Shown piece after piece: positions 51,873 through 64,000 of a stretch of DNA of 64,000 nucleotides (position 1 is the first letter of the stretch; every line of letters begins with the position of its first letter). The notes under the pieces are model-generated. The model saw nothing but the letters and a program-made list of their open reading frames with translations, did not search any database and was not told where the DNA came from. The stretch comes from the human T2T-CHM13v2.0 reference genome, Homo sapiens. The translations under genes and the position numbers were made by a program. Location of the stretch: the NCBI RefSeq assembly GCF_009914755.1, contig NC_060941.1, one strand, 5' to 3'.

Positions 51873-52589
51873 TTTTAGATTTTTTTCCCCCAAAGTTATA
51901 CGTGCAAATGATCACATAAAACTTGTAATGGAAAAGAGTAATACCCACTTTTCTCTTTTACCCATTTTGCTTTAATTCGTTATGGTGGAATATGTAGCTT
52001 TCTGAAAAAGGATGTGTGGGAGATATTGTCTGTCTTTATTCTTCCTTCACTCTTGATTGATTGTTTGGCTGGATAACAAATACGTGTTTATAAGAATGTT
52101 ACTTCAGAATTTCGAAGGCATTGGTGTAACATTATGTTGAAGAGTCTGAGGCCATTTTGATACCTTTTTCTTTGTGGCTTGTTTTACTTTCTGGAAATCC
52201 ATACAATGTTGGCTTTGTTCCCAATGTTCTGAGACTTTGCAGCTTTGTGTCTTGATTCACACATTTTCCTGGACCGTTTTAATTTGGAAATGCAAGTCTG
52301 GTATTTTGATGAAATGGCTTCAATTTTTGTTGTTGATTTCTTCCATTGAGTTTTCATTGTTCACTCTTTCTATAACTTGTATTATCTGGGTGTTAAATCC
52401 CTTGTACTGGTTAATTTTTTAAAATTAATTTCTTTCTTATTCTTTTTTTAAGATAGTTCCAGTGTGGCTTACTATTACTTCTATTGAACAATTATTTTCT
52501 GCTGTTATGTTTTTCTTATCCTATACTTCTCATATCTAATACCCTCCTCCCTTCTTTCTTCTTTCCCTCCCTTTCTTCTTTCTTGGTAT

Positions 52590-53460
<871 letters not shown>

Positions 53461-54420
53461 TGTAAATCTTTTGTGAACTGAATCCCTTCCTGTGCATTTT
53501 TCCAGCATCACATTCTGCCATCCTTACCCTGTCCCCCTCACTAGTCATCACAACAACATTCCCTTGTGATAGTTGTACTGAATTTCTTTTATTTCCTCAA
53601 AAGACCCATCTTCCTGCTTTCAGGTCTGCTTTTGTTATTTCCTCTTCTAGAATACTTATGTCCTTCTAACCCTTCTTGTTCCTTATCCACTGTCAGTAGT
53701 GCATGCTCCCATAGGACTTAATGTTCTTTAATTGTTCATTTGCCTCTTGTTTGCTACATTTGCAGGCTGTTTTTATGTATTCAGTGTCTCACAGAGTGCT
53801 TTATACAAAGTATTAATAAATATTTGTTGAATGTTGCTGGATTGTATAATACTTTGCAATTTAAGACATGGAAGAAAAAGTGAATTCCCTTTCTAAAGGT
53901 ATTTCTGTAGAAAGTCTGTCCCCTAACTAAAAGTGAGAAACTGAAGGATTTGGATGTCTTCATATCCCACAGAAGACCATCATTGTATTTAATGGGCATT
54001 TACTCATGTCAACACAGCTTATGCATCCCTGCTTCTTCATGGCCACTATCAATAATAATTGATTATTTTCTTAATGAACCTAGATCTGCCTTAGGATTTT
54101 TTTCAATACAATATTCCAGAAAGCTATGACTAATTAATTGGTATTATCTCAGATAAAAACTGTTACTAATTATCTTTCAAATCTGTCCTTCCAGAACTTA
54201 ATTCCAAGTAATAAATTTTTCTTATTCATTACTTTAAGTAGCCATTTTGGCTTTTAGTACCTCACTTTTGTAATAAAATGTATCAGTATGTATATTTTAA
54301 TATACAAGTAAAAAAGAGACTTTCACTTCCTTTAATATGTTTTTAATTTGTTTTTTTTCTTTTTTCTGAGATGGAGTTTCACTCTTGTTGCCCAGGCTGG
54401 AGTGCAATGGTGCAATCTAG

Positions 54421-54669
<249 letters not shown>

Positions 54670-54959
54670 TAAGGACCATGTAATTCTAACCACTGAAAAT
54701 ATTGATTATTAAAAAAATCAAGTAATACTCAAATGTGGGAAATGAAAATTTATGTGAGTCTGTGTTAGCAAAGGTAAATCTGACTGCTTCTTCCTTTTCA
54801 TCCTTCCTCAGATATTGAGCATTGTACCAAAGGCCCATATTAACAGCATATATTTCTAGTTTTTTTCCCCTTAACTATTCACACATGCATAACACTAACT
54901 TATATTATTATGTCCCAGGACTGATTCAGTTTGTTTATATGTATTACATGTATTGGCTG

Positions 54960-54963
<4 letters not shown>

Positions 54964-54997
<34 letters not shown>
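54964..54997. repeat. (GT)17 microsatellite
   Basis: Read directly from the sequence. Confidence 0.95.
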
Positions 54998-54999
<2 letters not shown>

Positions 55000-55017
55000 G
55001 TGTAATATTTTTCATAA

Positions 55018-55437
<420 letters not shown>

Positions 55438-56167
55438 TAGCCAGGATGGTCTTGATCTCCTGACTGCGTGATCCGCCCGCCTCGGCCTTGTGTATTTCAA
55501 TTTTGATGCATGCTGTAAAATTTCCTCTTAGAGAGAGTCTACCAACATTTATTTATACATGAGAATCCCATTTCTCCTTATTCTGTCCTATACTGGTTAT
55601 TATGAATCTTTTCAATCTTTGCCTGTCTGGATGGCAGAAGATCCTATTCATATGTAACTTGAAAGTGTTTATTTTTAGAGACAGTCTCACTTTGTGGCCC
55701 AGGCTGGGATGCAGTGGTGTGATCCTAGCTCACTGAAGCCTCAAACTCCTAGGCTCAAGCAATCTTCCCACCACAGCCTTCTGAATACCTAGGACTACAG
55801 GCACACGTCAGCATGCCTGGCTAATTTTTAAATTTTTTGTAGAGATGAGGTCTTGCCATGTTGCCCAGGCTAGTCTTGAACCCCTGGCCTCAAACAATTC
55901 TCCCATCTCAGCCTCCCAGTGCTGGGATTACAGATGTGACCCATTGTACCCATATGTAATTTTTTGATCCTTGATTACTAGGGAAGATAGAAAATCCTCA
56001 TATTTTTGCTATTTATATTCATTAATATCACACTTGTTTATATTCTTTCTCATTGATTTGAGCCCTTTACTAGGTTATTATTAATCTTTAGTTTCATACT
56101 AAGAAAATCCTTCTGTATTTTACTATGCCTAACTTTAAATCATGACTTTTCTTGAAAGTTTAATTAA

Positions 56168-56432
<265 letters not shown>

Positions 56433-57493
56433 TAGCCAGATGGTCTCGATCACCTGACCTCGTGATCTGCCTGCCTCGGCCTCCTAAAGTGCTGGGATTA
56501 GAGGCATGAGCCACCACGCTCTGCCGCGTCTTCTTATTTTATTACATTTTCCATATTGTTGATGGTCAGGAAGTAGTTCTTCCTTGCCAGTCTCTGATTT
56601 TCATAGATTTGGGACAAAATTTCTGTTTTATTATGGAATTTCTGTTACTATAATCTTAGCTTTTTGGAATGATGGGAACTGTGTTTTTCTAATATTTGCA
56701 TTCTATGCAGTGACTTGCATAATAATAATATGTACCATATGAGGGGTACCCCATAATGAATTTATTCAATATTTTGTAGACAATAATCTAGAATGCTACT
56801 TTGTATAAAGTGTTGTTTATAAATTATCAGTGATCAAATGATGTGTTTTATTTTATTTATTTTATTTTGAGACAGGGTCTCTCTCTCTTGCCCATGCTGG
56901 AGTGCAGTGGCACAATCATGGCTCACTGCAGCCTTGACCTCCTGGGCTGAAGTTATCCTCCTGCCTTGGCCTCCCAAAGTGCTGGGATTACAGTGTGAGC
57001 CGCCACACCTGACTTCTTTTTTTCTTTTTTCTTTCTCTGGGATAGAATTTTGCTCTGTCACCCAAGCTAGAGAACAGTGACACAATCATGGCTCATTGCA
57101 GTCTTGACCTCCTGGGCCCAAGTGATCCTCCTTCCTCAACCTCCAAGTAGTTGAGACCACAGGCGTGTGCCACCATGCCTGGCTAATTATGGAGTCTTGC
57201 TCTGTCACCCAGGCTGGAGTGCAATGGCGTGGTCGGAGATGGGGTCCCACTGTGATGCACGGGCTGGTCTTGAACCACTGGCCTCAGGTGATCCTCCTGC
57301 CTCGGCTTCCCAAAGTACAAGGACTACAGGTGTAATCCTCCGTGCCTGGCCTGATGTTTTTTACATTAATAGAGCTTATAACTCATAAGAATTATGTTAG
57401 TCTGGTGTATATTCTGTTTCCTTCCTGCTCCTGGAGAAAGACAATCATTTTGGCCTTGAATAATTTCTTAGAAATGCAGATGTAAAATTTAAA

Positions 57494-57495
<2 letters not shown>

Positions 57496-57527
<32 letters not shown>
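57496..57527. repeat. (AC)16 microsatellite
   Basis: Read directly from the sequence. Confidence 0.95.
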
Positions 57528-57532
<5 letters not shown>

Positions 57533-58835
57533 TCAGCCAAAACACTAGCAAGCCTCTAAAAGTAGGCCAACTGACATTTGTTGATATTCCTCACCAGTCT
57601 ATTGCAAAGATGAGGAAACAGGCTTATTGACATTTTAAATGGCTAAACTAACTATGAGATTTAGGGCTTCTCTAATGTTTTCTGCTCTAATTACTGCTCA
57701 GTTTGCCTTGTGTATTTTTAAAAATAACACCTAGTCTTTATTATTGAGGTCTTACTACTTGTGATCATTTAGGTTTTTGCAATATTTTGCTAAGCCTGTG
57801 ATGTGATTCAGGTAAATTGTAACTTGAGAACATATGTTGTATTCATCTTAAATTTCTTTAATGATTTGGGTCAGAGAACAGTGTTTCTAGGGGAGAATGT
57901 CTGGTTTAGAGGTGCTGCTTTTTCAGTTTGATGATTTCATGGTTTTAGGTATAGGAAATTGATTTCAGAGGATTCTCAGTTTATACCTAGCTGAACCCTG
58001 TTATTAGGGCGTTTTTCTATAAGAGGTATAGAGAGAAATGTACTGAACACAAAAGAGAGGTGAATTAAGCGAACTATATAATGCTTGATACTTTTCAGAT
58101 AACATTTTAGGTTGTTTGTATACATTGTTACCACTTTTCCACTATTCTTCAGGGTGAGTACCATTATCCTAATTCACAGGTGAGGAGACTTAATGCTCAA
58201 AGAAATTGACAGTTGGTAAATGGTGAAACTGAAACTTGTAATATCAATTATTATTTGGTTATATAGCACATAGTATAAAAAAGAAGTACTTCAAAACCCT
58301 GTTCCCTGAAGATACTCTCTGTTAATCTCTTGTTTTATATCATTTAAGCCTCTTTATACACACACTCCATGTACATGATGTGTTTTAAAAATTGGGATTA
58401 CTGTGTAATGTATTTTGTAGCTTTTTATTAATTTAACATTATTAGTTGAGCATTTTCCTGATATTAGATATTCTTCTTTTCAATATGCTTTTCAATAGCT
58501 GCATAAATTTTCATCATGTGGATTTATGGTTACTTATTTAAGCAACCTTAACATTTGTTTTCATTTTTCTCCTGTTTTTTCAATTTTTAATTTTAAAAAT
58601 TGATACAAATATTTTACATGTTATGCGGTACTTGTGAATGTTTCTTACGTGCATAGAATGTGTAATGATCAGGTTAGGGTATTTTAGGTATCCATCACCT
58701 GAAGTATTTATCATTTCTATGTGCTGGTAACATTTCAAGTTCTCTCTTGTAGCTACTTTGAAATATATAATACATTGTTGCTAACTATAGTCATCCTACT
58801 CTGCTATTGAATATTGAGGCTTACTTGTTCTAACT

Positions 58836-59156
58836 TAGTGGCCCCAACCTTTTTGACATCAGGGACCTGTTTTGTGGAAGCCAGTTTTTCCATGGATGGG
58901 GGCGTGGTGGGGGATTATTTCAGGATGAAACTGTTCCACCTCAGATCATCAGGCATTAGTTAGATTCTCATAAGGAGTGCACAACTTAGATCCCCTACAT
59001 GCAGAGTTCATAATGGGGTTGGTGCTCCTGTGAGAATCTAATGCCACCGCTTACCTGACAGGAGGTGGAGCACAGACAGTAATGCTTGCTCTCCTAATGC
59101 TCACCCACAGGCCATGAACTGGTACCAGTCTGCGGCCCAGGAGTTGGGGACCCCTG
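58836..59156. mobile_element. MER1B (hAT-Charlie) element nested in an L1 3' end
   Basis: Ends tagtggccccaacc and gttggggacccctg. Perfect 8-bp TSD TTCTAACT at 58828-58835 and 59157-59164. Confidence 0.87.
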
Positions 59157-59731
59157 TTCTAACTGTGTGTTTGTACCCATTAACCAACCTCTCTTTATCC
59201 ACCCCCCTTCCATCCACACATTCTTCCCAGGCTCTGGTATGTATCATCCTATTCTCTGTCTCCATGAGATCAGTTTCTTTAGCTTCCACATATGAGTGAG
59301 AACATGTGACATCTGAATTTCTGTGCCTGGCTTATTTGACCTAACATAATTACCTCCAGTTCCATCCCTGTGCTGCAGTGACATGATTTTATTATTTTTT
59401 TATGGCCACATAATATTTCATTCTGTATATATACCACATTTTCTTTATTTATTCATCCATCAATGGTCACTTAGGTTGATTCCATATCTTTGCTGCTGTA
59501 AATAGTGCTGTGATAAACATGTGAGTGCAGGTTATACAGATTTCTTCTCCTTTGGATAAATACCAAGTAATGGGATTGCTGGATCATATGGTAGTTCTAT
59601 TTTTAATTTTTTGATGAACCTCCATATTGTTTTCCACAGTGGTTATATCAGTTTACATTCCCACCAACAGCATGTAAGAGTTCCCTTCTTGGCCAGGCCC
59701 GGTGGCTCATGCCTGTAATCCCAGCGGATCA

Positions 59732-59971
<240 letters not shown>

Positions 59972-60167
59972 CTAAATACAAAAATTAGCCACTTGGGGGG
60001 CTGAGGCAGGGAATTGCTTGAACCTAGGAGGCAGAGGTTGCGGTGAGCTGAGATCACACCACTGCATTCCAGCCTGGGCGACAGAGCAAGACTCTGTCTC
60101 AAAAAAATAATAATAAATAAATAAATAAATAAATAAATAAAAGAGTTTCTCTGCATCCTTGCCAGCA

Positions 60168-60173
<6 letters not shown>

Positions 60174-60215
<42 letters not shown>
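60174..60215. repeat. (TG)21 microsatellite
   Basis: Read directly from the sequence. Confidence 0.95.
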
Positions 60216-60221
<6 letters not shown>

Positions 60222-63200
60222 TTTAATGGTAGCCATTCTAACTGGGGTAAGATGATATCTCATTGTGGTTTTTTTCTTGTATTTCCATGATGCTTAGTAA
60301 TTTTGAGCATTTTTCCTGTATACGTATTGGCCATTAGTATGTCTTCTTTTGATAAATGTCTATGTTGTTACCCCACATTTTAATGGGATTTTAAAAAATT
60401 GTTGAATTGTTTGAGTTCTTTGTATACTCTGGATATTAGTCCCTTATTGGATGAATAGTTTGCAAATATTTTCTTTCATTAAGCAAGTTGTCTGTTCACT
60501 CTGTTAATTGTTTCCTTTGCTGTATGGAAGCCTTTTAGTTTAATATAGTCCTATATGTATATTTTTGTTATAGTTGTCTGTGCTTTTGAGGTCTTAGTCA
60601 TGAAGGTTTTGCCTAGACCTATGTCTTGAAGTGTTTTCCATATATATATATTTAGTAGTCTTACTGTTTTAGGTCTTAAATTTATGTCTTTAATCCATCT
60701 CGAGTTGATTTTTGTATATGGGGAGAGATAGGTGTTCAGTTTCATTTTATGCATATGGATATTGAATTTCCCCAGCACCATTTATTGAAGGTCTTTTCCC
60801 TTGTGTATATTCTTGGAGTCTTTATCAAAAATCAGTTGGTTATAAATACATGGATTTATTTCTAGACTCCTATTCTGTTCCATTGGTCTATGTGTCTGTT
60901 TTTATACCAATATCATGCTATTCTGGTTACTATAGGCTTGTCATATATTTTAAAGTCAGATAGTTTGATGGCTTCACCTTTTCTTTTGACTCAAAATTGC
61001 TCTATTTGGGCTCTTTTTTGATTCTATACACATTTGAGAATTGTTTTTTCTAATTATGTAAAAAATGACATTGGTATTTTGAGGTTTATTGATTTTGTTT
61101 ATCTTTTTGGAGAACCAACTTTTTGTTTCATTGATACTTTGTATTGTTTTTTGAGTCTCTATTTTATTTAGTTTGCCCTGTTCTTTATTTTTTCTTTTAT
61201 TCTGCTAATTTTGAGTTTGGTTTATTCTTGGCTCACTGCAGCCTCCGCCTTCCGGTTCAAACAGTTCTTCTGCCTCAGCCTCCCGAGTAGCTGGGATTAC
61301 AGGCTCCCACCACCACTCCTGGCTAATTTTTGTATTTTTTGGTAGAGACGGAGTTTTGTCATGTTGGCCAGGCTGGTCTCAAACTCCTGACCTCAGGTAA
61401 TTCACCTGCCTTGGCTTCCCAAAGTGCTGGGGTTACAGGCATGAGCCACTGCACCTGGCCACTTTTCTAGTTTCTTGAGGTGTGTCATTAGGTTGCTTAT
61501 TTGAAAGTTTTCTACTTTTTTGATGTGTTTATTGCTATAAACTTCTCTTTTAGCACTGCTTTAGCTGTATCCCATATGGTTTTGGTATGATGTGTTTCCA
61601 TTTTAATTTGTTTCAAGAAATATTTTGATTTCTCTCATAATTTCTTCATTGACCCAGTGGTTGTTCAGGAGTATCCTATGTAATTTCCATGTATTTGTAT
61701 AGTTTACAAAATTCATTTTGATGTTGATACTTAGTTTTATTCCACTGTAGTCTGAGAAGATTTTTTTTTTTTTTTTGGACACAGTCTCCCTCTTTTGCCT
61801 GGAGTGCAGTGGCACGATCTCGACTTACTGCAACCTCTGCCTCCCGGGTTCTATCAGTTCTCCTGCCTTAGCCTCCTGAGTAGCTGGGACTACAGGCACA
61901 TGCCACCACACCCAGCTAATTTTTGTATTTTTAGTAGAGATGGGGTTTTGCCATGTTGGCCAGGCTGGAAGATTTCAGTTTCTAAAAATTCGTTGAAACT
62001 TATTTAGTGGCCTTATATAGTCTGTCATGGAGAATGTTCTATGTGTTGATAAGAATGTATAACCAGCCTGGCAACATAGCAAGTCCCCATCTCTGTAAAG
62101 AAAATTCGCAGAATGTATATTCTGTAGTTGTTGGATAGAATGTTCTATACGTGCCTGTTAGGTCTGTTGGGTCTGAAGTCCAGTTTAAATCCAATGTTTC
62201 ATTGTTGATTTTCTGTCTGAATGATCTGTTTAATGCTGAGAGTGGGGAGTTGAAGCCCCCTACTGTTACTGTATTTCAGTTTATCTCTCCCTTTAGATCT
62301 ACTAATATTCGCTTTATGAATCTGGATGATCCAGTGTTGGATGCATATGTATTTAGAATTGTTACATTCTCTTGCTGGATTGACTCCTTTATCATTACAT
62401 AGTGACTTTTTTTTTTTTTTTAACTGTTTTTGTTTTGTTTCATTTTGTTTATTTTTACAGATAAGGTCTCACTGTGTCACCTGGGCTGAAGTGCAGAGGT
62501 GTGATTGTAGCTCACTGCCACCTTGAACTCCTAAGCTGAAGCAGTCCTTCCACCACAGCCTCCTGAGTAGCTGGGAGTACAGGTGTGCACCACCATGCCT
62601 GGCTAACTTTTAAAAAATACTGTAGAGATGAGGGTTTCTCTGTGTTGCCCAAGCTGGTCTTGAACTCCTGACTTAAAGTGGTTCTCCCACCTTAGCCTCC
62701 CAAAACACTGGGATTACAGGTGTGGCCACCATGCCAAGCCAAAATCTGTTTTATCTGATATCAGTATAGCTAGTGTTGCTCACATTTAGTTTCTATTTGG
62801 ATGGAGTATCTTTTTTCCATCCCTTTACTTTGAGCCTATGTATGTCTGTAGGCAAAGTGCATTTCTTGTAGCCATCATACTTGGATCATGTTTCTTTTAT
62901 ACATTCAGCCAGTCCCTCTCTTTTAAGCAGATAATTTAATCAATTTACATTTAAGGTTATTATTGATGTGTGAGATTTTGTTACTGTCATATAATTTGTT
63001 TTCTGTTTGTTTTGCATATTCTTTGTTCCTTTCTCTTCCTTATTTGTGTGTTTGGTTTACCAGTGAGTTTTATATTTTTGTGCGTTTTCATGATAGGGTA
63101 TGTGTTATTCTTTTGCTTTCATGTTTAGGACTCCTTTGAGCATCTCTTGTAGGCCTAGTCTAGTGGTGATGAATTCCCCCAGCTTTTGTTATCTTGGAAA

Positions 63201-64000
63201 GACTTTATTTCTCCTTCATTCATGAAGGATAATTTTGCTGGATATAGTATCCTTGGGTGACAGGTTTTTTTGTTTTTTTTTTTTTAAATTTTAGCACTTG
63301 CAATATGTCATTCAATTCTCTCCAGGCCTGTAGCTTTCTGCTGAGAAATCCGCTGTTGGCTTGATGGGAGCTCCTTTATAGGTGACTAAATGCTTTCACT
63401 TGCTACACCTTAATATTTTCTCTTTTGCTTGGCTATAGTTTGACTATAAAGTGCCGTGGAGGAAGACCTTTTTGCATTATATTTGGGGATTTTTGGACCT
63501 CTTATTTGTGAAAGTCTAGGTCTTTCTCTTGCTAGACTTGGGAAGTTTTCATCTAACATTTTGTTAAATAGGTTTTCTAACCCTTTCATTCTATCTTCAT
63601 CCTTATGGATACCAGCATTTCAAATATTTGGTCACTTTTTGTTGTCCCAAATGCCACAAAGGCTTTGCTCATTCTTTTTCATCCTTTTTTCTTTATTTTT
63701 GCCTGACTGGATTATTTCAAAAGAACTGTCTTCAAGTTCTGAGATTCTTCCTTCTGCTTGATCTTATCTATTGTTGCTTTTGAATATATTTTGCATTTTA
63801 TTCATATAATTCTTCTGTTCTAGAATTTCTGTTTTGTTCTTTTTAAAAATACTTATCTCTTTTGTAAATGTCTCAGTTATATCCTGAATTGTTTTTCTGA
63901 TTTTTCTGTATTGTTTTTCAGAACTCTCTTGTATCTCATTGAGCTTCTTTAAAATCAGTATTTTGAATTATTTCTCTGGGATTTTATGAATTTTTTTATT

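Overview
Primate (very probably human) genomic DNA from inside the BCAS3 gene, transcribed on the + strand. Only two coding exons are present: 12045-12151 (107 nt) and 50024-50105 (82 nt), joined across a 37,872-nt GT-AG intron. The rest is repeat-rich intron: about 80 Alu copies or fragments by eye, several old L1, L2 and MIR pieces, a complete Tigger2 DNA transposon split by about 11 Alus, MER1/MER2/MER20 elements, a solo ERV1-type LTR, an RPL36AL-derived processed pseudogene with an open reading frame, and a Y1 RNA pseudogene. Nearly all ORFs in the supplied track are Alu or L1 artefacts. I found no evidence of a novel multi-gene system. The most interesting signals are small: a templated copy of sequence from just after the second exon inserted just before it; a private 3-base change shared by two inverted Alus; a tiny retroposed hairpin; a 53-nt unique-sequence hairpin near a CTCF-like motif; candidate cassette and poison exons and a possible recursive splice site; and nested insertions whose target-site duplications (TSDs) are still readable. 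Family names and reference comparisons are from memory, not database searches.
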